NCBI GenBank assembly: GCA_002633005.1
Contig: NMRA01000287.1
Coordinates: 62,001 to 126,000, forward strand
Direction of reading: 5' to 3'
DNA from: Phoronis australis
Lineage: Eukaryota; Animalia; Phoronida
DNA: 64,000 bases
In this document: in pieces, positions 49,043 to 63,743 of the stretch
Position numbering within the stretch: the stretch's first letter is position 1
Layout of the letters: every line of letters starts with the position of its first letter
The notes under the pieces: generated by a model
Seen by the model: the letters and a program-made list of their open reading frames with translations, nothing else
What the model was told of the DNA's origin: nothing
The model's database searches: none
Program-made: the position numbers and the translations under genes

Positions 49043-52000
49043 TATGAATATATAAATTTGGAGTTCACTGTGGGAATAGCGCATTGGCAGACGACGGCTT
49101 CTTGAATAAGCTAAACTTATTCAATTTCTTTGGGCTCAAAACATTTCTTCGAAATCGAGGCGTATCATTTAGTGACACAAAAAGCAAAAAAGTAGTTGGA
49201 GGTTGGTTCCATAGTCTCAAGGGCCGATACTCCGAAGTGACGGCTCTTCGGCTCACATAATTATTTACCTTTTCACACCTTCGTGAATATATTGATTGGC
49301 AACGATTGAAGCGATATCCGACATCAAAATGCAAGCTTGCTAACTAATTGATAACTGAGTGAAAATATTAAACTAGTCTTTCACAAAAGGGTAAATCATT
49401 GAAGGATCAAAAATGTAAATCCTTCAAAGATTTTTTAAGCATCACCATTTCTTAAAAAATTCCATATTCCATCACTGATAAATGCAGCGTTTTATTTTAA
49501 CGGTCTATGCCCGTATTTAGGCGCCGACCCTGCATTCGAAGCTACGCCTATATTCGTAATCGAGTGCCTGCGCTTATACGTGAAACAGATGAGTATAACA
49601 ATCCTTGAAATTGATGCTCTGGGGCATCCCAACATTTAAGAAATACGCACTACTATTTGGCGCACGGAATGCAGTGCCTATTATTGTCAATGCGGCACTC
49701 AGTACGCCTGACCTGCAGTGCGTGTACACTCATATATGCGTGTCAATGCTCACTCAGTACGCCTGGCCTGCAGCGGGTGTACGTTCATGTATACATGCTT
49801 CCTCACTAGTTCACGTCCAGAGTAAGCACGTACGTTCGCAGTTGGAAATTGTAGGCTTATCGTGTTAAAATCTATTGGAAATGTCCAGTAAAAGATCTTC
49901 CCCAAAAGAGCGCTTATTTAGAAGAAATTTGCATGAGCCGGATTTTAGAAAGTATTTTGTGACTTTTAAGAAAAATCTGACAATGAAGTCAGACTGTAAA
50001 CTCAATCTTGCGTTTTTAACAAATATGTTGAACTCGAACTTTCGCGTTTGCGGTGATGAAAATGTTACGTTGATTAAAAAATATCATTGTAAATGCCAAT
50101 GGATGTAGAGTGACAAAAATGTTTTCAGCGATAATGGAATATTATTCTAACATCTTGCATATGGCGTTCTGATATGTCTAGCGTTCAAAAAGTTACTTTT
50201 TTAAGAAAGACTGACTTTCTATCCATCAACGATTCTTCAGAAAAAGTCACTTGCTCGTGGTGTTCGTTAGGATGGTTCAAATCAGGTGTTGGTATGAGTT
50301 AAAATGGAAAATTTATAACATAAAATATTAAAAGATCAGTTGACATTGATTGGAAATTGGATAATCACATAAAATCAGCCAATTTCACTGTAGTCTTTTA
50401 CGCTATTTTTAGAAACGATTTTGGAATTGTGGCGGAGTGCATTTTCTATATCTCTACTACATTTACTTATTTCACCAATATTTTTCCTAGAAACCTTTGT
50501 GCAAATCAAAATGGCGGCAATCAATAAAGAGATCTTATTGCTCTAGCATGCATGTCCAACTTTCTCATAAGACAAATAATTATTAAAGATAATATTTGAA
50601 TAACAATTTTATATAGACTGATGGATGGATATTACAAGCTTCGTGGATTTTATTTTTATCCTTTTCCGTGGTTCACGCTCTCCAAATTGTATGGAAATTA
50701 CCCTTTTGTTATAGAACGTGCGTTTGGTTGCTTTGTTACTCATGTTTGTCGGTATATTATCAACTGGAAATGGTGCTGTTATACGTCACAACCCTTCCAC
50801 TATGTATTAGTATTAGTAGTTAGTGACAAGTACAATTAAATCAAACAGTTATAACATGAGTCATGTGGTGTAACACATCCAATGTTTATAAACATCGTCA
50901 ATAACAAAGAAAGCCACGTAACTGCATCAACAAACGTGAAATACATACCTGTTAGTACAATCGGTTGGAACACGATAGAAGTAGTCTCAACAACCAGACT
51001 ATTACTCGGTGTAGTCCTAGTTTAGAGTATCTCGTCTGTTTGGCAAGACTTTTTAGTTCCTTTGCATTCTACATACACGTACTGAAATATCCGTGACTCT
51101 CAACCACAATGATATCATTTAGGCAACGAAAGATTTTTTAGATTCATGATTTCATGCCAACGTATAAGGAGACGAATAACCACATGAAAACTTTAGTGCT
51201 GTGAGCGCTTTCATCACACAGTTGACCTATCGTCAGAGTTTTGAGTGACGGTTTAACTGACCATTTAGAACGCAGCATTATTGACACACCTTCGTTTCCA
51301 AGCCGAAATTTTATCCGACAAACAACACGTTGCCGGGTAAAAGTTATTGTTTGTTAATCGACATTACTTAAGGGGCGGAGATTGCGATAGTTCAATTCCT
51401 ATGCCCGTTACAGTGTAAGGTGTCGCTATAATTTCCTTCAGGTATATTACTAATCAGTGCTTTGTGTCAGGTTTCCGTAGGATCTCATATTGGTTCCTAG
51501 AGTTTATTGATTGTATGTGCACCCACATTTCTGTTTCAATAACTTTGTGCAACATTTGTCCTTTAAGCATGCACAAATTTCCATTCTGCCTGTTTACTCT
51601 GTACACATCATTGATTAGAAAAATTTGCAAGTTTTGTTTCTTTTTCATAAAACTTCATCACTTGTTTCTAGTGATTTTTCCATCTTGTATACGTCACACA
51701 TGTATACGTCATACATGTATACGTCATAGATGTAGCGCACCAGCTTAGATATCATTCTTGTGCTTTATTGTTAACATATGGGGATTTTAGGACAAATGTC
51801 CGTCTTTCTGCAACCACGTGAGGTAAAAACACACACACTGACGGTTTTTGCGCAAGCATCCCTAAAATACGAAACCGATTTTACAGCGCTTAGGTCAGAT
51901 TATACAGAAAATAGAAATTTAAATATTGGTCTCATTTTCTTTGGTTTACAAAACTGAAATTCACCAAGTGGTAGTTTTGTACAAAATGTTCAAACATTGC

Positions 52001-55000
52001 ACAAATAAGAAACAAAACGTAACCAAATGTATTAATTAATGAACAATACGTGACGAATGAAGCATCGATAGAGTGCACAAACTTGAACTTAAGTATGACT
52101 GTGTTTCCTTATTTTTTGTTTTGCAAATGACCTTTGACCTCCACATTGAAAAATGTATATACAGCAAGTTTGTTTTAACCGACGGAGACGCGAGTAAATT
52201 TCGAGGTCAGGTGTGTCACTACCAAAAATTACAATACTTACCCCTAGAAACGGTAGGTAGATGTAGCTTAGTTGTAACAATTATCAAATATATACCACTA
52301 GACATATTATTCCGCTATAATCCGAGAGCGAACGCTAAGGTTGATACACTGAATAATGTAGAGCGGGATATCATTTCATCTACGCCACTCGAGGTAGAGG
52401 TAGGCTTTGTATTTATGTCATTCCCATGGCAACTGGTGTCGTGTGGATATCACAAGCTGTTGTGCATTGAACTTGTAAATAATTAAATAAATACAACACT
52501 GTTGTTGCCGTGGAATCGGTGCCTAAATTGCAGACGATATAATATTTAGCACATTAAACTGAGACAGAATTGATGTAAAATGAACAGTTTGTACCAGATG
52601 TTATGTTTGGAACCTGATCGCATGTTGAGTGTTAGTAATACTGCTGCAACGTCATTATCTTAAAGAATTTTGTGAAAGTTTGATGATCGATCCGGCTAAC
52701 TACGTCCAGTCGACATTGGACTACCTTTTAACTTTACATGTCATAGGTCACTGTTAAAGTAATCACGGGAATGCAACGCCGAAAACAATAAGACATGGCC
52801 GTATTGCACTCAACCTATTCAACACGCATGGTGTACATGCAAACATCGTGTTTTACACACGTTTGCAACATTATTTGTCCAGTGAACCGCTACATTAACA
52901 ATCCATTTACATTGCAATGGCATCAATCAATTGACACATTCTAGGTAAGCACACGTGGTTAAACAACAAGATAAAACAATGCACAATTACTCTACCCAAG
53001 CAAAAATACTCCGAGTCCATAATTTAACCAAAAAATATATTAAGTCATTCTGAATCGTGTTTTTCTTTTCGAAGACAAAATGATTAAAGAATCATACTAA
53101 ATTAAATATAAAATGTGACAATATAACTAAATATCAACAATGGATCACTCTAATAATCGCAAAGAAACCACAATACTGATATTACTAATTTTAGTTGAGT
53201 ATGGTATTAATTCAAACAGTGTCCCACACCCAAATGGAAACAATATGGCTGCCGCACAACACACGTTCAAAAATTGTCATCTAAAACCAACTGCATTCCG
53301 TGGCTAAATCTGGCAGCTATTGTACAAAAGACTACACCAACAATTCATATACAATAGTGAAAAGTTTCTCATATCAAATACACTCAAAAACAGAAACTTT
53401 CCAACCTCGCCTTAAATGGCGAAACACGTCCGGAGCAGCAATGACACAACCATTCCACTTACTACACAAACTGAAATGCACTCAAAATCAGGTCAAGTTC
53501 TTTTTTGCCAAAATCCAGAACCGGTTCGTTCCAGTTACATGTACGTCACCTACTCTGGACGTACCCACAACAAACTAAGCGAAACAACTTTGACCAATTG
53601 CCTCATAAATAATTTTCACGCGCACTCCCCGCGAGAACCCTGCCTCGAATCTCCGCGAGCTTGATTATTTTTTTACCTTAAATCTATCCATATCACAGGA
53701 GTTAATCATTTGACTTACTAGTTAATTATCTAACCAATTGCTATGCCACGGATTTCATAATTACGCTCTTTGGTATCTATCTCATATTCTTAAAACTTTT
53801 GCTTTTAGAATTTAAAAAAATATTTTAACCAGATGTGCAAACCAATAATCAATTATGAACTAGATTAGTTATATTTTCTGGTCTAACTATATGCACCATC
53901 AAGAACTCAGTGGTGAAGAGCTTTCTAATGATAGGACTCTCACCTGTACGCGAAGCGGTTGAAAAACGGCGGAGTTGCGAACAGTTTCAGTGACTGTAAA
54001 GAAGGCGTCTACAGTGTAATATTAAAATATATTATGTACTTCTGTTATTGTTGGTTTCATGATTTTTATATCGCATAAGAGCTCAAATGGTGCTAGATAA
54101 CTTAGGAAATCGTAAACTTTTCGCAACGCATGGAATATGTCTAGATAGGCAACGCTATCACACACTACCGGCTTCTCGTATCACTAGTGGATTGTAATCC
54201 ATTAGACAATGTTTGGGGCAAATCCAAAAATGTATGTGGAATTTGCTCGGAAGTAGTTTTCGGTGATAACAGTTCTCTCTTTACTTGTTCCTAAACAAAG
54301 TTCAACCCTAACTATAAGCCCTCAACAGCAAGAAATAACACCGGATCAAACTCCACGAAGACAACTCTCGTCCCGTCCCGTCCCAATGATATCTTACCGA
54401 TTCACAAACTGCAGGAGCAAACCGAAGTCAAGTGAACTGTTAAAAGTGACAATTTTGTTGTTATCCCAAAACTGATGGCGTTTTCGCTTGAAAAACTTTA
54501 GTAGTCAGACGACGATACACATGGGCAAGAGAGAGGGACCTTAACTGTTTGAAGCCACATTTATCAATTTACGGCAGAGAGCGTCACCAGTGAAGAGTTC
54601 AACCCATTTTCTTGTTCTACATTTCGCCACATTTTACAGTATAGTCCTGCTTTCACAGACGTGTGTTTATTTTCAGCTGTGACACGTCATTAAATAAACT
54701 GGTATGCTAAAGATTAGTTGCAAAATTAAAACGCCTCGTATTAGAAGCCGGGCTTTCCCACTATTTGTCTTCACATGAAATGTTATCAACTATGCAAAAA
54801 GTAAAACGTGCCCGAAATGATGGCTCAACCGGCCCATCGAAGTAAATGCCTTTCGGAGAGAAGATCTAGACACCTTTTGGAATTTCCTTGGCTAACTGAA
54901 GTTGTAATGAATCCATCCCCTCAGGAGCTTCAGCCCCCGGTTCTGGCGCGCTTCGTCCGTGCTTTGCCCTGGCAACTCTCGACCTCTTGAACTCTTATGG

Positions 55001-55682
55001 TGCAGCATGATGCAATTCTGACAGAGCGCGCACGCGCGTGAACATCTGTGAACCGCCTTCAGAAGATTTTTCCAGGAACCCGGATTTCGGGTAAAAGGAG
55101 TGTCCGAGTCAGTATCCGGTCGGTGTGCATTAGGCAATCTTTTGTGTAAACAAAATATCGTATCACAGGAATCGGGGTCACGTACAATTAGTTTGGCACA
55201 CGACTTGTAGCGGAAGTCTTACGCAGTGCTCGGTGTATTTATACTGTGTCACAAACGTTAGGTAATTTATTGGGAGGCAGCAGAGCGACCAGACAACAAA
55301 ATGGTGAAATTGGCAGTGCTGCTCGTGTGTACGTTGGTAGGACTTTCCTCAGGGCAGGTACGTTAGTGTTATCGTGAAGCTGGGGTTTATAAAAGCGTCG
55401 AGGGCTATTAGTGTAGATGGAAAATCCCAGTGTTATACTTGCGAAACTGTCAGAGAAAATATTTTTGTACATGCTTGACACTGGCAAGTTATATTAGCCT
55501 AAAGATACTCGAGTGTCGAGTTAAGCTCATTTTCGCGTATTGTGAATAGCATGACCTTTTAAACAACGCTAAGGTGCGCTCAACGATGTTGTGTGTTTGC
55601 AACAAACCCCAGTACAATGCCACATATGAGCAGAAGCTGAGACCATTTACGGGTCCTTGCACCTTTGCCCGCACAACCAAAT

Positions 55683-55879
55683 CATGCGCACACCCAGCCT
55701 TAAATATAGGGTGGCTCGAATTTTTCGGTATGCGGAGTTTTTACTGACAAAAATCAACGAGGACTAAAAAAATAACGGGCCACTAGGTTCAGAACCACGA
55801 ATTGTGCATCTGCTGAGGCGGAATTTTTTTGTCCAATTCGCCTCCCGAACCACCCCCCCCCCTCCTGGTTGCGCCCATG
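55683..55879. mobile_element. MITE with CATG termini and 5-bp TSD
   Basis: CAAAT|catgcgcacacccag...ctggttgcgcccatg|CAAAT. Confidence 0.75.
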
Positions 55880-58800
55880 CAAATGTTTGAAACGACCTCA
55901 CTCGAGCTATAGTACGCTAGTATAATGCAGTGCACCAGCCTGAGGCCAACCCAATTGTTTATCTCCAGGTTAAGGGCTATTTGGCGCTGAGTTTGACCCT
56001 ATTTTGATTAAGTAAAGTATTATCAAATAATGTCTAATAGCTTGGTTATGCTGTTATGACTGAAGTAGTTTTAGATCAAGAAATAGTCCACGCGGACCTG
56101 TTAAGTAAAAACTGTCCGTAGTGTCCGGCTTTTTGCACTGACCCTTCAACTTTATTGTTAATCTATACGTAGATATGTTGCCATTTGAGTTACCTTCATG
56201 TTTCGAAAGATTTGTTCTCGAGATCCATAAAATTTGCGTTTCGTAATGTGAATTCACACTGTTGTCAATAGCCAGATGCATTCAACAGGGTGGTTTTGTT
56301 GGGGACGGGCTGAATGGCAACCATGCAGGGGACAGTTTGCAATCAGGGTACAAAATGCAAAATGAAGATGACTGAACTGGAAACCAAAATTTGTAACTTG
56401 TATGGCCATGATCGTAGTAATAAACAAGTTTTAATCCGCTTTTAAAAAGTTAACGTCAGATGACTTTCTACAGAACGCCCACAATAGAAGTCAAGTTAAT
56501 TTTTTTACATGATGGTAAAAGTCCTCTTTTGCAGTCTCTGACCATGAGCAACATCAAAACAAGCGGTGCGGATGCGTACCAGTTATAGAGTTAGATAAAG
56601 CCATAAGAGTTTACACTTCCTGCAAGGATGACAGTATCAGTCACTTCCTACAAGTGTCGCCATAACTGTAGTCAACAAATGAAAGCGCAGAATAACAGGT
56701 TTGGATAACGGGAAACAAATGTATAAGTAACCATGCCAACAAACAATACGTTTTTAACGTGTTGGCTTTTGTTTTTCTTTTGAAAACGTGGGTAACATTT
56801 AATAACTTTAGGTTTTGAGGAGGCTAGCAAGAGTAAGCAATAATAATGATTCAACTTTTAAAAATGCGAAAATGAAATTGGTAAAGTATCGTTGTCTTAT
56901 ATGGATGCGATGCTATTTACTGACGTGGCATTGAGTTCGAAATGCAAAAGCCATGCTCGATGTTTCGTCTATTCTCTCCCCCTGGATGCTAATGGCACGT
57001 CTTTATTTGGGCGGCAATACACATTAGCAGAGAAATGTCTTTGAACTTATTGCACAGTCGCCAAATACAGTTTGCAGGTTTGCATTACTGTCAAAGGTTT
57101 TGGAATCGTATTCAATCTGAATGGACTGCACGTCATGATATTGGTTCATGCATGTTATTTGAATTCGCCCGACTCATTTTAATGTTTTAACTTCTGAACG
57201 TGTTTGCATTAGTTAAAAGACATTTATTCTACAAATTTTGAAAGCAAAAGTTCTGTTATCATTTGGTTCGCTTATTTTGTTTCATCGAGAAAACGAAGAG
57301 CACCTAGCCGAAACAATTGCGAGCATTGCAGCGACTATGCATGCTTCAGAAAAACGGCGTAGGCGTCACTGAATCTTGATACCCGATGTCAGCCGATGGT
57401 ATACGCGTGCCGCTGGTTAATGGAACTTCTTTTTGTTAAATATTTGCAAAGCTATTCTTGGAATTGGACTGTGACATAAATAAGTCAGTGCTGATGTTTT
57501 ATTGGGGTCAACGTTAAGCTCATGTTGTTCAAGACTGAGTTACGTACATGTACCTAGACGCACAATGGGCAGCTAGTGAGTGTGCTCACGTGTTTCTCAT
57601 GAAATACATGGGGATTTCTGGCGAGGTCTTGTGTTATTTTGCGATTTTCTCACTTCCACTAACACACCACAGGACATGAACCACAGCAAATGCTCTGTGT
57701 TAATATTTCTGCTTATAAAAAACCGTTTTCCATGTTACCTTATTTTCGCAGCAAAATTCAGTTGGTTTGCAAACAGTCGTTGCACGACAAAAGATTCGTG
57801 AGGTCAACCTAGACACTTCAACCACAATGTTAATGATGTAATTTAAGAGCAGCCGGTTTCCATGACAAAAATATCTTCCCATCGGATTATGAGGACCCTC
57901 AGTCAACATAAAACTTGGCAGCGTCCATTGGTAACAGTGTTGATTTTCTAACAGAAATAGTGATACATTTTGGAGATAATATTCAGTGTCATTGTTAAAT
58001 ACCTTTTCACTCAAAACCTCATTTTTGTAAAGCACATTCACTTTACTGTCTGCATCAATTGTCTCTTATAAGTTATAGAAACGCAAAACTAATTGTATCG
58101 ATTAATCAAAAGAGTCGTGTCCGTCTTACGTGTTCTATTTAACAAAGTTTCAGGAATTTTACTTCAATGAATGTTTTTGAGTGAGTTACAATACGCAAAG
58201 CGTCGTACACAACTTGTGTTTGCCAATGATTCAGTGCGTCCTAAAAATTATAGCAGTCTGAATTTGAATGATTGCACATCAAAATGGGTGGGGGCAGATT
58301 TTCATGAAAGTGACGCTTCAACAGTGGGCTGGCCCACCTTTCTCAATTCTGATCTGAAGTGCGTGCCCAATGAACAAGCGACATTGCAATAATCGTCAAT
58401 TTAATGAGAAACCTGCATTCATCAGATATTTTGAGTGACATTAGAAAATACGAATAGGTTTTTATCTGTTTTGAAGCGGTCATGATAAAAGCGATATTCG
58501 TCTCCACCAATAAGTTTGTTTGTTTTCTTCCATTTATCAATGAAGCGATATTCCTTGCGTCTGTAATTTTATCGGGAAGCCGAGAAATAAAAAAACCAAT
58601 ACCGCTTATGGATGTAAAACGAATAGAAAATGCTATCTTTTCAAAGCTAAGAAATGACATGAGAATAATTCCAATTTCTTTTTTAATTAGTTTTCATCAA
58701 TATTCATGCGCTAAATTATTACGCGTGCGCATTCAAACTAGAGTATCAATACTTTTGGTTGATCCTTTATATGCGGTGCACCTGAAGATCAAAGCTGAAC

Positions 58801-59957
58801 ACCTGCATTCTGTGAGATTAAGTGTTACGTAAACAGGGGTTGCTCGACTCAACAAACGTACACGGCATGCGTCTTTGCAACTAGCAATACAAGAGGCTCA
58901 CAGATTGTTTACTTGACGGTTTCGTGCTCCTGGTACTGCTGAAGTCTCTTCAAAGAGCCATCCGTGAGAAGGATTGAGTATTGTGCCCACCGCTCCCAAA
59001 CGTGCACAATGCTCTGAAATGGTGTCGTGTAAACGGGAAATGAATAATAATGAGAAGGAAATGATTCAGTTATTATTTTGTTAAAAAATAATCAACTTGT
59101 AAGTGCATCTCGCGGAGTTCAGTGGGGAAGCGCTGACAATTACACCACTGTCTGCAATGGTTTATACGCTGTTTGTTGACTATAGTCGACTTCACCTTGA
59201 AACTGATTATAATTCTATGAGGATACGACCATGTGGTGAATTTAAGATGAATTATTAAAGACGGGGGTATTTAGAGGTTTATATTGTACACATAAAAACA
59301 TTCAGTATGGTATTTTCTATCATAAGTAAACGTTGGTTTGACTGGGTACACTCGTGATCTTACTCAGAAGGGTATCCTTGTCGATGAAACAATACTTTTT
59401 CGAACTAAATTCTCAGCCCCGGAAATGGATTACTTTAGGGGAAGAGAACTCTCAATTTATTTGAGACTATTCTTGGTAAAGTCCACAATACTCTACATTG
59501 AATAGGGGACTCTTCTCTTGGTGCTCTCTAGCGTAATGAGAGCACGAAAGTGACTCCTGATTGACTCACATTTGGTGGACAGAAATTCAGAGGAATAGAC
59601 ACTGTCAACCCCTCCCATCGTTTGGTTAGTTAAAGATCACTAATTTATTTTAGGTTTTTGATACCGCCTCGGATCAAAATTCTCCCGCTTTATCAGCCAC
59701 AACCACGGCATTGCCATAGATACATTTTTGCATTGTAAATGTATGGAACAGGACGTCCTTGTTGAACAATTGGTATTTGAAGAGGTTTGCGTTTTTTGGT
59801 AATATATTGGTACATCCCACCGCACAGCAGTGGAAATTTGCCGGCATTATAATAACAGGAAAGGTATCAAAACGCTGTTTATACCAGTAGGTTGAAACCT
59901 CCTGTCAGCATTACATGGAATCTGTAGGTGGCGCTGTACGCAAGGAAACTAGTGTGC

Positions 59958-60532
59958 TCTCGCTGGTTCCCTGCGTGTCCGCTAGGGGGTAGAGAACACG
60001 CAGGTATCATTTAAATTCCTAGGGGATTTTATTACACCGGCGTTTCTGATTGACTGGTCGAATTCTCAACAGCTGGCGCTTTATGCGAACAAACTGACAT
60101 GACTGATGGAGGAAATGTATATGTGGACGTAGTTTGTGGTCTGTTGTACAGGCAAATCGGTGCTTAATTCATGTTCAGGAATTGTGTATCGGAATAAAGT
60201 TGTGATTGAGCCTTTTCGGAGTCCTTTTTTCCACTGTCGCTGACTTTTGTTTACATTGTTGTCATGTATTCATACAGTATGAACAACACACCAGTTAAAT
60301 TGGCATTCATTATGTGCTTCAAGCACGCGGCTGATTACTGCAGAAACGAAATATTTACTGTCATGCAACTTGGATTACAGGGCTAAAAATGACTCGCAGT
60401 CCGCCGTTTTCTGTCTTTGTTTTAAAGTAACTAATGACTGCCGAGGTTACATCAACCAGTGATAAAGCGCGTGCTGCTGAAGGATACCTGCTTGTTCTCA
60501 ACCCCTACCGGACACGCGTGGAACCAGCCAGT
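59958..60532. mobile_element. ~575-bp MITE with ~50-bp TIRs
   Basis: ctcgctggttccctgcgtgtccg...gcaggtatc vs gatacctgc...cggacacgcgtggaaccagccag; TAGTGTGC repeated on both flanks. Confidence 0.7.
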
Positions 60533-61670
60533 TAGTGTGCATCGCTTTAGTGTAATACATGGCGCTATCTCACGAAGTCTGACGTGAACTTGTGTTTTCA
60601 CAAAGTTCTCGTGTCTGAGGAACACACACCTCATTTGTTGAATAGCAAGCAGGCGCACCACTGGTAACCCGACTCGTATACATTTTTCACTGGGCCATAA
60701 AGTGGATTGTGTGTTTTGACTAGGTGGGCAGTCTTTCCCTACAGTCGTCGTGTAACTTGGCCACTCTCGTTGATTGAACACTTTGTAGGGAATTATCAAA
60801 CGTGTTTCAAACTTTTGAGAATCAATTAATGGCAGATCATTGTTCATTTTAAAGATTTAAACGAGTCGCAGTTAGTTTGTGTATAAGATGCCAAAATTGG
60901 GTTCAGATGCTTCAAGTTGTTTTCAACCCATTTAAGTATGGTGAAATGGTGCAACGAAGGAATGTCCGTTTCTTAGGAAACGGATAACAAAACTGTTCAA
61001 CATTTTTTCCAAACTGCAATTTGTGTGAGAGTGTTGATGTAATCTTGCTTGATCGTAACTTGAGTCAGAACAAACCGGAAGGAGAAAATCAGTATCACCG
61101 AGTGACAGTAAGTTTCGTAACTAGACCGGAGTATCCATGTCTAGGCACGAAACTTACTCCCTGTCTAATTTCGAAATAGTCGTGCCATATTGAAATCCAC
61201 TAACCCGCCAGACTGCGTTCAGGTCTTTGGATGACATGTATGGAACTCAGCCCAGCGTTTCTTGAACTCAGTCCCCAAAACAGGGTTCGACGTCATTTTT
61301 ATCTCGGAAAATCTAATTCAAAATCTTTGTGTATTGGAGTTACCATTTCCAAGCCGTAATTTGATTTTCGTGGGCGCAGGAAGTGGTCACTTGTCATCAC
61401 TTGAACTTCTTGTTTAGTGACTCCTCCGTCATCCTGGGCATTGCTCTTAATGTCCGTCATCCGGGTAATGCTTGATATAGTTACAACTGCATGTTTAGAA
61501 TGAATATACACATGTTCAAACGTATGGTTAAGAACGAAAACAACTACAAACATATGCTGAATGTTCAGAACTAATAATCACGAAAAGAAAAATGTATATC
61601 AAGAAGGAAATTCAGAATCGCACTTTTCTATTTCATGTTGTAAGAGATTATACTTCCCTTCTACTTTCAG

Positions 61671-61793
61671 GAGTTCAATCCTGCTGGCCAGGGTCCGCTG
61701 GAGATTGTCTTCTCGTTCGATACAACGGGTTCTATGTCCTCTGTCATCCGCATTGTCAGAAACAAAGTACAAGAACTCATTGGCCGCTTACAG
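61671..61793 (+). CDS. vWA gene exon (MIDAS motif)
   Basis: ctttcag|EFNPAGQGPLEIVFSFDTTGSMSSVIRIVRNKVQELIGRLQ|gtatgc. Confidence 0.9.
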
Positions 61794-63743
61794 GTATGCA
61801 CGAAATACTTGCCTTACTATTTTTATAACCATTTCATTTTAAAGCAAATTTCTATAGAATTTAACTTGACCATAGGTCTTTGGCCATGTAAAGGGACTTC
61901 GGCTCCCAAAACCCAGTGTCCGGCAAGAGTGTATTTCAGCATCCGGGCACTCGCTGTGTAACCGCCCGTTTTGCATGAGGTACATGCATGTAGGCTGCGT
62001 TACTGCATCACCGGCAGTAGGCTGCATTACTGCATCACCGGCAGTAGGCTGCATTACTGCATCACCGGCAGCGGCAAATATTTACTCTTTTCTTCTACTT
62101 TCTCACTGTTCCAAGATAACGTACTGAAGTACAAGTTTTGACATATTTTGACAAGCTCATGAAAACTATTTTTTCATTCCAGGTAGAGTTTAACCATTAA
62201 GTTCTTCGGTATCACCGAGTCTGTTATTGTTATTACTTGTTTTAGTCTGATATTCCGGGGATCCGTATAGCCGTCTTCGCACAAAGCGATTATGGAGAGC
62301 GTTACGTGACAAAGTTCATAGACTTCAGTGAAGACGTGGAAGACTTAAAGACTTTCGTTCGAGACGTTCACAGCACCGGCGGTGGCGATGCACCGGAGGC
62401 GTATGAGCGTGTTCTGCGTGACGCACGAACTGAACTCTCTTGGACACCGGGCTCTCGGCGAGCTTTAGTTCTGATTGGTGACGAACGACCTCATGGCGTA
62501 AATTACAGGAAAAATGTAGAAAAGATTGACTGGAAAGAAGAAACGTACAACCTCCGGGATATGGTAAGACAATCATTTCAAGCGCCTCTCGTCGACTGTC
62601 TTCTTTTATTAATTTCTTCTCATCTTATATGTAACAAATAGGCCTTTGAATTTTACGTTGAGGCGTTCGTGAAACGACTTCCAACTTGTCCTCTGGGTGT
62701 CTGTGCTGCGAAGCTTTTTACGGGCTTTGGAAGAATTGACTGCTCATTTTCTATTTAGACTCAAAATGTTGGCATGACGTGATTATAACGTGGTTATGAC
62801 GTGGTTAGTTGTGTTGTGCGGTCTAGACAATTTTGTGAATGGAAATAGACTGGCTACGAACGGTGGATGACACTACAATCGTGCAGTTGTGACACAGCCC
62901 TCAGTACGAACATGAGCGCTATCTCTGGCTTCAGTGCCATGGTATTACGGTTTCTGCGATTTCAACTATTTCAGGGCGTAAAGATATACTCCATTCAAGC
63001 CCTTCACGTGGGAGCGGCGGAGTTCTTTTACAAGGGGATGGCAAACATCACCAACGGATTCCACCTGCGATTGACCAACTTCGACAACATCTTCACCTTC
63101 ATCATGGCTATCAGCTATCGGGCTTTTGGACTTGAATATCTACAGGTATGGTCAACAATTTTCAGACACCGTGACAAAAGCCCTATTAGAACAAAGTGCG
63201 TGTGCCGACACTAACACTTCTTCCTTTGAATCTCGTCAAAATGTTTAGCAGAATATGTCGAGATAAATTAGATAACCGATATCGGGATAGAATGTGTGTT
63301 AGTTGAGGAAGTGACTGCGTTTAGAAGCATTGAAAGTCATTTACTTAGAGTTCATATGATAATGTGACAGAACTTGACTGTAACATTTTTTTAGCATGTT
63401 ATTTGATTTGCTCAAGAATGGTGTTTTGCACAGGCATACTTTGCGTTATGAATTCATAGCATGGTTAAGTTTGACGATTTATAGAAATCACCACAGAATT
63501 CCTCCCATCTACTTGGCCGTTAAGAAGGTAAATTTGTTTATCTAGCTTTTCGAGGAGGAAGTCAAGTATAGGCATGAGCAGAGAGGCGTTGAAATGCACT
63601 CTGACTTGAAGAAACTGTTCAGAGAACTAAAGCGGTCACAGGAGTTTTCCGAAAAACGAACTACAATCACGCCAACTCGGGCTTACAGGCCCACAATCCC
63701 AGCGACCACGCCCACAACGACAGAATCTTACCAAGAATCAAAG
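61671..63743 (+). CDS. von Willebrand factor A (vWA) domain protein, 5'-partial; join(61671-61793, 62246-62563, 62975-63145, 63546-63743)
   Basis: Four phase-0 GT-AG exons in one open frame; MIDAS-like IVFSFDTTGSM, GGGDAPEAY, LVLIGDERPH, GVKIYSIQA; Thr/Pro-rich linker follows. Confidence 0.88.
61990..62070. repeat. 27-bp tandem repeat x3 (intronic)
   Basis: gtaggctgcattactgcatcaccggca. Confidence 0.9.
62246..62563 (+). CDS. vWA gene exon
   Basis: ttttag|SDIPGIRIAVFAQSDY...ETYNLRDM|gtaaga, 106 codons. Confidence 0.92.
62975..63145 (+). CDS. vWA gene exon
   Basis: tttcag|GVKIYSIQAL...FGLEYLQ|gtatgg, 57 codons. Confidence 0.9.
63546..63743 (+). CDS. vWA gene exon; donor uncertain, may instead read to the stop at 63785
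   Basis: ttctag|LFEEEVKYRHEQRG...TTPTTTESYQESK|gtagac. Confidence 0.75.

Noticed and set aside
54808-55137. GC-richer ORFs as candidate upstream vWA exons
   Set aside because: No convincing splice sites in phase 0 and no recognisable protein similarity
61107-61158. GTAAGT donor as the end of an upstream vWA exon
   Set aside because: It is one arm of a 52-bp hairpin (agtaagtttcgt...acgaaacttact), and the upstream frame has a stop and no ATG
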